Shown: positions 28,745 to 38,042 of the stretch, piece after piece
Numbering within the stretch: position 1 is the stretch's first letter
Layout of the letters: every line of letters starts with the position of its first letter
Source of the DNA: Candidatus Latescibacterota bacterium
Lineage (GTDB): Bacteria; Latescibacterota; UBA2968
Reading direction: 5' to 3'
Length of the DNA: 64,000 bases
Assembly: GCA_965207885.1 (NCBI GenBank)
Contig: OZ242311.1
Coordinates: forward strand, 3,104,001-3,168,000
Translations under genes and position numbers: made by a program
Notes under the pieces: model-generated
The model's database searches: none
The model's input: the letters and a program-made list of their open reading frames with translations, nothing else
What the model was told of the DNA's origin: nothing

Positions 28745-29686
28745 TTAATCCAGTTGCGCCAGAAGTTCTTCCACAGGTTCATTGCCGGGCCATGCGCCGC
28801 ATAAACTCAGGACATTGAAGGATCGGGCCTGCTTCTCTTGTCTCCGTGTTAAGCCTCGGGATTTGGGCATCTCGGTAGAAGGCAGTTCTTCAAAAATGGC
28901 ATCTCTGTCTTGATAGGGTCTAAGCCGATAGGCTTCGATTAGTCGGGGGTGGCCGTTAGCTTTAAAGTGGACCATGCCCTGAACAGTTGTACGCTTGCCC
29001 CACAACGGGCGCAACACTTCAACATCGAGTTGGTCAGATTGCAGGCGACCAAACATTTTCCTGCCATCACCTAATTCGAGGAAAAACCGACCGCTATCAT
29101 GTTTGATTTCTTCGAGCCAGCCGCTGATGATAAATGCTCTTGAGGGAGGAAGGCTCTTCAGTCTATTTTCAATCCGATTACAAACGGACGCATCAAGGGT
29201 GAATTCCCCGTAATCAGATTCTTGAGGGATCAAGTGGTAGCAGATGTTAGCGTTTACTGCAGGCTGTCGGAATCTGAGAATCGCGCTGAGAACGGCTCTA
29301 TCAAAGTAGTCGCCAGAAGAGGTCGCTTCCTGAGCTTCTTGAATCGACAGCGCGGCGAGATCAACAGCGGTAGTTTGCATAGTCGAACGTTCACGCCAGA
29401 AATTTTGTTGGGCGAACTGTGTGTAGGCTGTCTCGCCAAGCTGAGGTGCCTCAATCTCCAAAGTGGTTGAGCCGAGTTTTTGTTCATTGAGGGTGAAGTC
29501 GAGGGCTGCATTCAGCCATCCTGGTCTTGGTCCCCTACCACTACCTTCGCCAGTGATCATCAGACGAGTGGCGCATTCCGCTGTCTTGACAAGGGCATCC
29601 AGAGAGCACTGAAGCGTTGCCACTTTGATCCGACCTTTGTTCTCTCGAAGGCCGCTGAAGCGAAGTTGGTAGCGTCGCGTGTTCAT
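28745..29686 (-). CDS. hypothetical 313-aa protein upstream of PIN; putative large antitoxin/sensor
   Basis: AAGGAAG RBS before ATG 29686; OB-like segment (IISGWLEEI...FFLEL...TTVQG); C-terminal GAWPGNEPVEELLAQLD. Confidence 0.7.
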   Translation of the reverse strand: MNTRRYQLRFSGLRENKGRIKVATLQCSLDALVKTAECATRLMITGEGSGRGPRPGWLNAALDFTLNEQKLGSTTLEIEAPQLGETAYTQFAQQNFWRERSTMQTTAVDLAALSIQEAQEATSSGDYFDRAVLSAILRFRQPAVNANICYHLIPQESDYGEFTLDASVCNRIENRLKSLPPSRAFIISGWLEEIKHDSGRFFLELGDGRKMFGRLQSDQLDVEVLRPLWGKRTTVQGMVHFKANGHPRLIEAYRLRPYQDRDAIFEELPSTEMPKSRGLTRRQEKQARSFNVLSLCGAWPGNEPVEELLAQLD

Positions 29687-29720
29687 GGGAACTTCCTTGC
29701 TTAGCTTAAAGAAGTAGGTT

Positions 29721-31889
29721 TTATCCTGGCTGAAGATTGGCAAATTTGACCATGAGGGTCTTAACGGCTCCACCGTCGAATCGCACTTTGAGTCTGGCTG
29801 TTTGTCCCGATCCCGCGCGGCTTTGAATCTGTCCACGGCCCCAGGCGGGATGCACGACCCACGATCCGACATCCATTAAAAACGGTTCTCCCGGATTGAC
29901 CCGCCGGGCGGGTTCTCTGCCCGATTTGGGGCGTGGAGCACGGCTAACCTCGCTAATCTTAAAACCGGCATCGAGCAGGTCTTCGGGTATTTCGGACAAA
30001 AACTGCGACGCCGAAGAGGTCACCGCACCGCCGTATCGTTGCCGTCGCATTGCATAGGACAAAAAGAGCCGATCCTGGGCGCGGGTAATGCCTACATAGA
30101 AAAGACGGCGCTCCTCCTCTAACGCATCTTCCATATTGCTATCGTCGCCAGCGGGCCGCAAAATCGGAAACAGCCCATCTTCGAGGCCGGTAACAAACAC
30201 AATGGGAAATTCCAGTCCCTTAGCACTGTGCAGAGTCATCAGTGTGACCGCATCTGCGGCATTTTCCCATTGATCTACATCTGTCACCAGCGAAACTTTT
30301 CGCAAATACGCCTCTAAAGAGACATCATCCGATTGTTCGACAAAAATCTGGATATCCGTCAACAATTCCTCGACATGCGCTCTTCGCGACATCTGTTCTT
30401 CTGGCAGAAGTTTCTCAAAATTGCCCAAATATCCAGTTTCATCGACAATGTTTGCCGCGAGCTCATCGGCAGGTATCGTTTCCATATCTACGCGAAAGCC
30501 CTCGACCATGTCGTAAAACTGCTGCATCGCGCGGGCTGTGCGCTTTGGAATTGTGTCAATAGCATCTAAATGTGCAAGTGCCTCATAGGGCGCAAACCCC
30601 TCGCGCATGGCAAACTCATCGAGCCGTCCTGTAGATGTCGTCCCAATGCCGCGGCGCGGCGTGTTAATCACGCGCCAAAAACTGATGGAATCGCGCGGAT
30701 TGACCACCAATTTGAGATACGCGAGCACATCCTTGACCTCTTTGCGTTCGTAAAATCGCACATCCCCCACGATTTGATACGGGATATTGGCGCGTCTGCA
30801 CCCTTCTTCAAGGGCGCGAGATTGTGCATTGGTGCGATATAGCACCGCCATATCCCGGTAGGTATGCGCGCGCTTAAAATCTCGTGCTACGCCAGCGATC
30901 CAGCGGGCCTCTTCTGCTTCATCGGCACATCTTTTCAAACGGATTTTTTCACCCCGAGCGCGATCCGTCCACAGTTCCTTTCCTTTGCGCCCCGCGTTGT
31001 TGCGAATCAGAGCATTGCCAGCGTCCAGAATAACCTGCGTGGAACGGTAATTTTGCTCCAGACGCACGACAAGCGCGTTGGGATAATCGGCTTCAAAATC
31101 GAGAATATTGCGAATATCTGCACCGCGCCACGCATAGATACTCTGGTCGTCATCGCCAACAACACATATATTTTGATGCACTTCAGCCAGATAACGCGCA
31201 AAGAGGTATTGCGGACGATTGGTATCCTGGTATTCGTCGATTAAAATATATGAAAACTGTGTCTGATAGGTTTGGCGCACATCTTCGTGATCGCGGATCA
31301 ACTCCACGCTCAATGTCAACAAATCGTCAAAGTCAACGGCATTATTCTGCTTCAGGGCATCCTGATAGTGGCGAAAAATTCGCGCAATTATTTGCTCTCG
31401 AAATGTGCTCGCTCGCTGGGCAAATACATCGACGCCCACCATCTGGTTTTTTGCCTGGCTAATCCGCGTGCGAATCAAACGCGCTGGAAAGTCGCGTTCA
31501 GAAAGTTCCTCGTCGGCAATCACCCGCCGCAGAAGTGCGAGTTGATCTGTTGCATCGTAAATCGTAAAATTGGACCTCAGTCCTACGCGTTCGGCCTGTG
31601 ACCGCAAAAAACGCGCACATAAACTGTGGAACGTACCAATCCACATGGTTTTGCAAGAGCGATGAAGCAAGTCTTCGACCCGCTCGCGCATTTCTCCTGC
31701 GGCCTTATTGGTAAAGGTCATCGCCAGAATCTGACGCGGGTCAACGCCGCATTCACTCAACAAATAGGCGATGCGCCGTGTCAAAACGCGCGTTTTACCA
31801 GAACCGGCCCCCGCGAGAACGAGCACGGGACCATCTACGGCCTGTACGGCTTTGCGTTGTGCATCATTTAATCCATCGAGAATTGACAT
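29721..31889 (-). CDS. pcrA: ATP-dependent DNA helicase PcrA/UvrD
   Basis: AGAGSGKT, TFTNKAA, DEYQD, VGDDDQSIY, LEQNYRS, TLHSAKGLEF and EERRLFYVGITRA motifs; C-terminal Tudor-like domain. Confidence 0.97.
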   Translation of the reverse strand: MSILDGLNDAQRKAVQAVDGPVLVLAGAGSGKTRVLTRRIAYLLSECGVDPRQILAMTFTNKAAGEMRERVEDLLHRSCKTMWIGTFHSLCARFLRSQAERVGLRSNFTIYDATDQLALLRRVIADEELSERDFPARLIRTRISQAKNQMVGVDVFAQRASTFREQIIARIFRHYQDALKQNNAVDFDDLLTLSVELIRDHEDVRQTYQTQFSYILIDEYQDTNRPQYLFARYLAEVHQNICVVGDDDQSIYAWRGADIRNILDFEADYPNALVVRLEQNYRSTQVILDAGNALIRNNAGRKGKELWTDRARGEKIRLKRCADEAEEARWIAGVARDFKRAHTYRDMAVLYRTNAQSRALEEGCRRANIPYQIVGDVRFYERKEVKDVLAYLKLVVNPRDSISFWRVINTPRRGIGTTSTGRLDEFAMREGFAPYEALAHLDAIDTIPKRTARAMQQFYDMVEGFRVDMETIPADELAANIVDETGYLGNFEKLLPEEQMSRRAHVEELLTDIQIFVEQSDDVSLEAYLRKVSLVTDVDQWENAADAVTLMTLHSAKGLEFPIVFVTGLEDGLFPILRPAGDDSNMEDALEEERRLFYVGITRAQDRLFLSYAMRRQRYGGAVTSSASQFLSEIPEDLLDAGFKISEVSRAPRPKSGREPARRVNPGEPFLMDVGSWVVHPAWGRGQIQSRAGSGQTARLKVRFDGGAVKTLMVKFANLQPG

Positions 31890-31916
31890 AAATTCATTGT
31901 CAAGGTGTTCAGGTCT

Positions 31917-32942
31917 CTAATCCCCTGTTACCAGTTTCTTTTTTTGCCAGGTATTTTTTCGTGCTGCCGCGGTCCTTTTTTTTGCAGCCGCGTGTTCTTG
32001 CAAAGAATGTGTAAAGACATGGCCGCCTTCGCCGGTAGCGACAAAATACAAATAATCGACATCAGCGGGAAAAAGTGCAGCCACAATAGACGCCCGTCCA
32101 GGACTGTTAATCGGCCCGGGTGGCAATCCCGAATGGCGGTAAGTATTATAGGGCGAATCGTAGTCATAATCCTTATAAAATAGTCGTCGAGGTTCACCGG
32201 GAAGAGCATATTGCACCGTGGGGTCGGCTTGCAGACGCATGCCTTTTTTAAGGCGATTGTGATAGACCGCCGCAATCGTATCTCGCTCGGAATCCCAACT
32301 GGTTTCCCCTTCGATAATAGATGCGAAGGCAATCACTTCGTGAATACTCATTCCGAGTTCATGTGCGCGTCTTTGAAGCCGTTCATCAAAAACAGCCTGA
32401 CAATGCTCAACCATCCTGCGCAGTACCTGTTGTTCTGATACTGTTGTCGGAAAATTATAGGTTTCGGGGAATAAATAGCCTTCCAGGTCTTTGGCCTGCA
32501 CAGAAAGAGTTATACAAAAAGCAGCACTATTCATTAGCAACAGCAACTTTTTCTGGTCGAGATTCAATTTCTCAGATAGGATCGTCGCAATTTGTTTTTT
32601 TTCTAAACCCTCGGGAACCGTGACATTTTGCGTGACATCGCGTGAACGCTCCAACTCGAGCAAAATCTCCCAGGTCGTCATCTGACCGTCGAGGGGATGA
32701 ATGCCAGCCTTCAGGCGGCGGCTGCTTCCATTGAGCTGTGCGAGATACTGTAGTAGGCGCGGGCTGTGGATCAGGCGTTTCTGATAGAGTTGCTGGCTGA
32801 TTTGTTTAACGGTTGCTCCATGTCGAATCTCGACCTCTTTCTTCCCCACTCCCGTTGGCCGATTAAAAATAAAAATCCCCGTGCAAGCACCCAAAAAGCA
32901 CACAATTGGCACAATACTCAAAATAAAGAGAAACCGTTTCAT
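31917..32942 (-). CDS. mltG: endolytic transglycosylase MltG (YceG)
   Basis: TVPEG, LEGYLFPETY, ASIIEGE, LQADPTVQY and SPYNTY..GLPPGPI motifs. Confidence 0.96.
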   Translation of the reverse strand: MKRFLFILSIVPIVCFLGACTGIFIFNRPTGVGKKEVEIRHGATVKQISQQLYQKRLIHSPRLLQYLAQLNGSSRRLKAGIHPLDGQMTTWEILLELERSRDVTQNVTVPEGLEKKQIATILSEKLNLDQKKLLLLMNSAAFCITLSVQAKDLEGYLFPETYNFPTTVSEQQVLRRMVEHCQAVFDERLQRRAHELGMSIHEVIAFASIIEGETSWDSERDTIAAVYHNRLKKGMRLQADPTVQYALPGEPRRLFYKDYDYDSPYNTYRHSGLPPGPINSPGRASIVAALFPADVDYLYFVATGEGGHVFTHSLQEHAAAKKRTAAARKNTWQKKKLVTGD

Positions 32943-32948
32943 GAGGGG

Positions 32949-33359
32949 CTATCTCCCTTTGTGCTGCAAATAGGTTTCGAGGATTAATACAGCAGCCATG
33001 CGATCTATTTCTCCTTTGCGTTTCTTTGCCTGCATGGCATCCAATTCGCGTTTTGCACCCACCGATGAAAGCCGTTCATCAAACGTGCGAACTGGCTTGT
33101 TGCTCAAAACTGCCAGTTGGGAAGCGAAATTTTCTACAGCACTCGCCATTTCCCCACGACTGCCATCCATGTTTAAGGGCAAGCCAACCACCACTTCCCC
33201 TGCTGCCTGATCCCCTGCGATCTGTGCAACCTGCGCCACACTATCATTGAAATTGCGGACTTTGAGCGTGGGCAATCCACGAACGGAAATTTGCAATTCG
33301 TCGCATACCGCAAGTCCAATTCGTCGCCTCCCAAAGTCAACGGATAGAATCCGCGCCAT
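32949..33359 (-). CDS. ruvX: YqgF/RuvX pre-16S rRNA nuclease
   Basis: VDFGRRRIGLAV, VVGLPLNMDG, DERLSS and DRMAAVLIL motifs. Confidence 0.96.
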   Translation of the reverse strand: MARILSVDFGRRRIGLAVCDELQISVRGLPTLKVRNFNDSVAQVAQIAGDQAAGEVVVGLPLNMDGSRGEMASAVENFASQLAVLSNKPVRTFDERLSSVGAKRELDAMQAKKRKGEIDRMAAVLILETYLQHKGR

Positions 33360-33361
33360 AA

Positions 33362-33538
33362 TCAGGGTTGTCCGTCAGTATGGCCTCGCAAACGATCGCG
33401 TTTTTCCATTGCAACTTTGTGTAGGGCAACCGCGAGTTCGCGTGCATCGACCTGTCCGCGTTTTGCAGAGGGCAGCAAATCGTCTCTGAGAGCTTCTATT
33501 TCGTCAATATGCGCCCGAAGGATCAGTGGATTATTCAC
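33362..33538 (-). CDS. small hypothetical protein (~58 aa)
   Basis: GTG at 33538 after AAGGAATAAGG, overlapping the upstream stop; ends 2 nt before ruvX. Confidence 0.55.
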   Translation of the reverse strand: MNNPLILRAHIDEIEALRDDLLPSAKRGQVDARELAVALHKVAMEKRDRLRGHTDGQP

Positions 33539-33878
33539 CCTTATTCCTTTTGTTGGTATGACCATTGCGGTGGGGTTTGCCAAATTGAGGAGGCATCCCA
33601 TACAGGGATTCAACAGCTGATGTGTCAGTAACAGGGCGATCCCACAGCGATTTTATAATGGATTGGAACATCACCTGCAGGGATCGCTTGCGATTTTTTA
33701 GGCAGAGCTTGCGAATGCGTTTTCGAGAGGTGCGTCTGGGTTCTTCGCGTATAAAATCAGCCGCACTGACCCCCTGCTCATGTGCGTGTTCCATCAGATT
33801 GTTAAACGCTTCAATATCGGTATTGTCCGTCAAAACGGCCAATATGCGCTCATCTTCACTAAAATCTGGCTTTTCCAT
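33531..33878 (-). CDS. hypothetical protein (~115 aa)
   Basis: AAGGAGAGG RBS before ATG 33878; downstream of a good promoter. Confidence 0.65.
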   Translation of the reverse strand: MEKPDFSEDERILAVLTDNTDIEAFNNLMEHAHEQGVSAADFIREEPRRTSRKRIRKLCLKNRKRSLQVMFQSIIKSLWDRPVTDTSAVESLYGMPPQFGKPHRNGHTNKRNKGE

Positions 33879-33896
33879 TTTCCTCTCCTTCAAGCA

Positions 33897-33925
33897 AACT
33901 TAAGCAATGCACGCATTTCTGTCAA
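33897..33925 (-). promoter_or_regulatory. sigma70 promoter of the orf-orf-ruvX-mltG-pcrA unit
   Basis: TTGACA-N17-TAAGTT. Confidence 0.65.
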
Positions 33926-33947
33926 TCAATCGGCTTAAGAAACCGGG

Positions 33948-34040
33948 CGAATAGACGAATAGACGAATAGACGAATGGCAGTATATACTGATTTTGAGAG
34001 GGTGGGTGGGGTTCGTAGATTCGCTGATTCGTAGATTCGC
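33948..34040. repeat. two opposed arrays of 8-bp tandem repeats
   Basis: CGAATAGA x3 + CGAAT (33948-33976), then (A)TTCGTAG ATTCGCTG ATTCGTAG ATTCGC (34012-34040). Confidence 0.8.
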
Positions 34041-34052
34041 GTTTTTTTATCT

Positions 34053-37000
34053 TCATCGAATATACTGAAAAAAAGTATCCTTTGCCACCTGTGTTCCCGC
34101 AACGAGATCCTCAATAATCACAAAGAGACGATTTTGTCCTACCTGTGCGTGTTCGAGATGGACTTCAAGGGGCAACCGTTCCCAATCGCTATTGCCCACC
34201 TGTGTATAGGACAGCGCGATCTCGGGTTGGTCAACAGTACCCGGCGTACGCCTCTGCTCTGTTTCCGCTGCCTTGACTGCGGTTGTCACGCGATAGCGGG
34301 TCTGCCCAAAGTCGTCTTTCGCCAAATTGTACACTTCGCAATAAAACGCGAGTGGATTGGGCGCACGAACAGTCCTCCGAGGATTGGGAACAACCTGCCA
34401 ATTTCCCCGTCGAAATCGCGCAGCGCGCAGCGTATCCGATAGACTCTTAACAAGCATGAGATCGCTGATATGAAGCTGTTCTTTACCGTAGTCATCAATC
34501 GCTACATCAATCGCGAGTACTCCTTGCCGCGCGGTCATAACATCGGTAACGGTCAGTGCAAGATGATACATCCCTGCGGGTACGTCCTGGCGCGTGATAT
34601 CCACGACTTCCTGAGTAACGACATTTGAAGTATCTACAAAATGTTGCACTTTTTGCGTGTTTCGATACACCACGCGATATGCTGAATCGGCCAGCGCAAC
34701 CGCGTGTTCGAGCACCACCTGGGGCTGTTGCCCATCTGTAACGACGAGCAAATTTTCAAGCGGTATGCCATACATAACATCCACGCGGGTTTTGCCTGCA
34801 TTGCCTCGAAAGTCCGCCAGATCAAAGTAAAAAGTGCCCAGCGACAAACGAGGTGCTCTGCGAAATTCGTCGGGCTGGTTCACGGTAGCATTTTTGTAGC
34901 GCATTGCCGGAGCGTGTTCGGCAATGCGAATATTGTCTCTGAGCATAGTGGGAGGAATGGGCGGAATAGGGGCGAAATCAAACCCGGAGACACCACCCAA
35001 TTCGCGTGTAAAATCGATGACTATACCGCCATCTACCTCGGTATAGACCCACGACTCCCAGGGCACGATACTGCGGTCGTGTTGCATGGTAACAGGCGCA
35101 TAAGCTTCCTGAGAAGGGTCGCTACGAGTGGTTTCTTCGCGGCGTCCTCCAACCGGGCCAAAGGTACTCTGATCGGGAATATCGATTACCTGCCTTTCGC
35201 GTTCAGCAGCAAACCCGCGATCGCTCCGAATGGGAAAAACCGGACCAATCAATTCACTGTCATTGGGATCCCGATACAATTCTCGGTACACCTTTTCCTT
35301 CACTTCCTGCACGCGCGTTGAAGGCAGCGAGGAAACCCATCCCGATCGGGCGCGGTAATCGGGTTCACCGTAGCGGATATAGACTTCACCACGCCGATCC
35401 CAGGGATAATTTTCCCGCCCAAATGCCCAGCGCGCTGTCCAGACCCGTTCGTAGTGCGCCAGTTGGCGCTCGTTGTACGCGCTGGACAAATTCGGATTTT
35501 TTGCACGCCAAAACCGCGCCACATACTTTTTCTTTTCTACATCGTCAAGCGCGTGGTAAATCTCTATTTCCTCCCCTGACAATAGTACCCGAATATCATC
35601 GTAAAGCTGGCGTTCACGCGCGTCAATTTGCGCGAGGAATCGCTCGAATAATTGGGTCGATTCCCCGTAGCGCTTCACCCGTAGTGCTTTGATTGCCATA
35701 ATGGGCAACAAATGCGAGGCTTCGGGTTTTTCGCGTGCGATGGGTGCGACAAAACGGTCGATATCCCGATAATTTTTTACTTGCAACAGACTTCTACCCA
35801 TCCGCTCAGCGACTTCGTCGTCGGGGTCGTGCGCCAAATAAACCTGGTAAAACGCCCGTGCCCTTTGATGGTCTTCGCTGTCGGCATACCAATCGCCCAG
35901 CACGCGGTATGGCGGGAGATATGTCGAATCGCGCCGAATGGCGTTTTCGGCAATTTTAACCCCATCGACCATCCCCTGGTCGAGAAGAGCCTGTGCTAAA
36001 AAGCTGTACGCATCCAGATAATCTGGATCGGATCGAATTGCAGATCTGAGTGCTTGCACCCCGTCATCGAAATACCCGCCCCGCCTCAGCAGTACCAGCC
36101 CTTTTCCCGCGCGCGCCTGTGCTGGCGCATCGGGAAAAATCATAGCTTTTTCAAATGCTTCTTCAGCCTGCTTGAGCAATCCCCGCTCGAGATAGGCATG
36201 ACCGAGCACACTCCACGATTTCCCATCTTTTGCCAGGTCGCGCAACGCTGCAATCTGCGTTTCTGCTGCCCCTGCCCCATACTGCGAAAGGTCTTCACCG
36301 AGCCGCCCCATGGTCGCAGATACAATATCCGCCATTTTGTCCCATCGCCAGACCCTTCGCCCGGTTGAAGACCCCATCCAGAGAATTTGCCCGGTCTCTA
36401 CTTCAATCAAACGCAACACCAGACCGATATTGTCTGTTGCGCCATCTTTGCCCAGCACGAGCAAGCTACCCGTCAGGATGGCCTCCGCAAGCGTTGTTTC
36501 TGATGCTTCCCGGCGCAAATCGGGACTGATGCGAGAAAACCGCCCGTGCTCCTGTCTTCCTTTTAATGCTCCTGGTACGAGAGAAAACAGGCCATCGCGC
36601 TGAATCGCATTTTTGAGGTGCATTTCACAATCGGCAGCAAGAGGTAAATAATCCGTGGTATGAAGCGGTTGCAGGAGGATATGATGTGGCAAATGCTCAG
36701 CCTCTGGCGCTGGTACAGGTGTTTCCACTGCGCCAAATCCAAGCGAAGACCGCACTTCGGCAGCGGGAATCTCTCCCACAGATCGATGCGCTCGCGTCCA
36801 AACCCAGGCCGGATTGTCCCGCACATCGCCAGTCCAGACAATCATACCCGTCCGAAGATCAATGAGTTTGAGTTTGATCAAATAAATCCCTGTAAACGCT
36901 ACAGAACCCGTCAAGAGATAAGAGGCGGGAACCTTTTTGCTAAGGAACTCGCGTAGATCGGGAGAAAGCTGTCTATCTGTCTGATCTATTTCCCCCATCG

Positions 37001-37253
37001 GCACATCGGTTTCTATTAAAACAAACCGCGCCCTTCCCAGAGCTGGCACATAAGCACGGCGATGGAGTTCATAGGCGATGCGATCGGCCATATAGACGCC
37101 ATAATCGCCATTGTAAGGAGAATAAAAGGGCGCGATTGCCAATCGGAAGGTGGCGGCAGGCGGCTGAGAAAAAGCACTGACAGGCAACAGAAACGCGGTC
37201 AGTACATAAAGACATGCCAGATAGAATATTTGTCGCCTCAGCAATAGCATCAA
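34053..37253 (-). CDS. GWxTD-domain protein with TPRs and two N-terminal CsgG/TolB_N-like domains
   Basis: Signal peptide; LLTGS...LIDLRTG..VW and ILTGS...LIEVETGQILW repeats; TPR helices; FWRAKNP...NERQLAHYERV...WDRRGEVYIRYGEPD. Confidence 0.8.
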   Translation of the reverse strand: MMLLLRRQIFYLACLYVLTAFLLPVSAFSQPPAATFRLAIAPFYSPYNGDYGVYMADRIAYELHRRAYVPALGRARFVLIETDVPMGEIDQTDRQLSPDLREFLSKKVPASYLLTGSVAFTGIYLIKLKLIDLRTGMIVWTGDVRDNPAWVWTRAHRSVGEIPAAEVRSSLGFGAVETPVPAPEAEHLPHHILLQPLHTTDYLPLAADCEMHLKNAIQRDGLFSLVPGALKGRQEHGRFSRISPDLRREASETTLAEAILTGSLLVLGKDGATDNIGLVLRLIEVETGQILWMGSSTGRRVWRWDKMADIVSATMGRLGEDLSQYGAGAAETQIAALRDLAKDGKSWSVLGHAYLERGLLKQAEEAFEKAMIFPDAPAQARAGKGLVLLRRGGYFDDGVQALRSAIRSDPDYLDAYSFLAQALLDQGMVDGVKIAENAIRRDSTYLPPYRVLGDWYADSEDHQRARAFYQVYLAHDPDDEVAERMGRSLLQVKNYRDIDRFVAPIAREKPEASHLLPIMAIKALRVKRYGESTQLFERFLAQIDARERQLYDDIRVLLSGEEIEIYHALDDVEKKKYVARFWRAKNPNLSSAYNERQLAHYERVWTARWAFGRENYPWDRRGEVYIRYGEPDYRARSGWVSSLPSTRVQEVKEKVYRELYRDPNDSELIGPVFPIRSDRGFAAERERQVIDIPDQSTFGPVGGRREETTRSDPSQEAYAPVTMQHDRSIVPWESWVYTEVDGGIVIDFTRELGGVSGFDFAPIPPIPPTMLRDNIRIAEHAPAMRYKNATVNQPDEFRRAPRLSLGTFYFDLADFRGNAGKTRVDVMYGIPLENLLVVTDGQQPQVVLEHAVALADSAYRVVYRNTQKVQHFVDTSNVVTQEVVDITRQDVPAGMYHLALTVTDVMTARQGVLAIDVAIDDYGKEQLHISDLMLVKSLSDTLRAARFRRGNWQVVPNPRRTVRAPNPLAFYCEVYNLAKDDFGQTRYRVTTAVKAAETEQRRTPGTVDQPEIALSYTQVGNSDWERLPLEVHLEHAQVGQNRLFVIIEDLVAGTQVAKDTFFQYIR

Positions 37254-37265
37254 ACTCGGCTTTCC

Positions 37266-38042
37266 TCAATTTATGGGCACTGACAGAGAAACTTGAGCTG
37301 GCCCAATCACCAGATGATCCAATACACTGGATAACCAGACCGCCGCGAGCAAGCCCAGGAAGAGATTGGCCCGTCCCGCGCGAGATTCCACGCGTTCAAA
37401 ATTGCGCGTAAACGCATCGGAATCCGTACCTGCTATGGGTTGACCCAGTTGCAAATCATTCAAACGCGTACCGCGATAGGTATTATATGCACTGCGATAG
37501 GATATATCGGTCACAAGCCAGGCCGCAGCGAGCACCGCTGAAGCCCCCATAAAGCCATATCCTCGTTTTTTGTGTCCGCGGTACAATTGTCCCCACCCAG
37601 GCAAGAGAAGCGAACGACCGGCAGCTCCCCAAAATGTAGTTCCCTTAAGGGTTTGTCGCACTGTTTTACGGCGCATGTCCAAAAACAATGCTCGCGTATC
37701 TACAAGTACTTGATCGGGGGGGATGTCCATAATCCCCTTGTTGGTCTCTGGATCCAGGTGAAGTACTTCAACAAGTGCCAGACGCGCACGAGCCGTATCG
37801 CCAGAAGCCATGTGAATGCGCCCCAGATCAAAAAAGATCTCGGCTCTCCGACTCTGCTGAGGTCTATCTAACAAAGGCACCACGCCCAACAAGCTCGGAA
37901 GATGAGCGAGCGTCTCAAATGCGGTAGCATAATCCCCTGCGCGATAGGCGGCCTGTGCTCTTTCAATAATTCCCCGATCATCCGCCCAAGCCGAACCCAT
38001 CGCCAGACAGAACAACACCCAGACGAATAGACTACGGTACAT
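37266..38042 (-). CDS. secreted/membrane protein with TPR and DUF5683-like C-terminus
   Basis: Signal peptide, TPR-like helices, RSLLLPGWGQLY motif followed by TM segments. Confidence 0.7.
   Translation of the reverse strand: MYRSLFVWVLFCLAMGSAWADDRGIIERAQAAYRAGDYATAFETLAHLPSLLGVVPLLDRPQQSRRAEIFFDLGRIHMASGDTARARLALVEVLHLDPETNKGIMDIPPDQVLVDTRALFLDMRRKTVRQTLKGTTFWGAAGRSLLLPGWGQLYRGHKKRGYGFMGASAVLAAAWLVTDISYRSAYNTYRGTRLNDLQLGQPIAGTDSDAFTRNFERVESRAGRANLFLGLLAAVWLSSVLDHLVIGPAQVSLSVPIN

Noticed and set aside
29687-29872. N-terminal 62 codons of the 375-aa ORF
   Set aside because: They overlap the pcrA 3' end in another frame; an RBS-preceded ATG at 29686 is the more plausible start.
33948-34040. 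CRISPR array
   Set aside because: The units are 8 bp with no unique spacers, and no cas genes or 25-45 bp repeat-spacer pattern were seen in the window.
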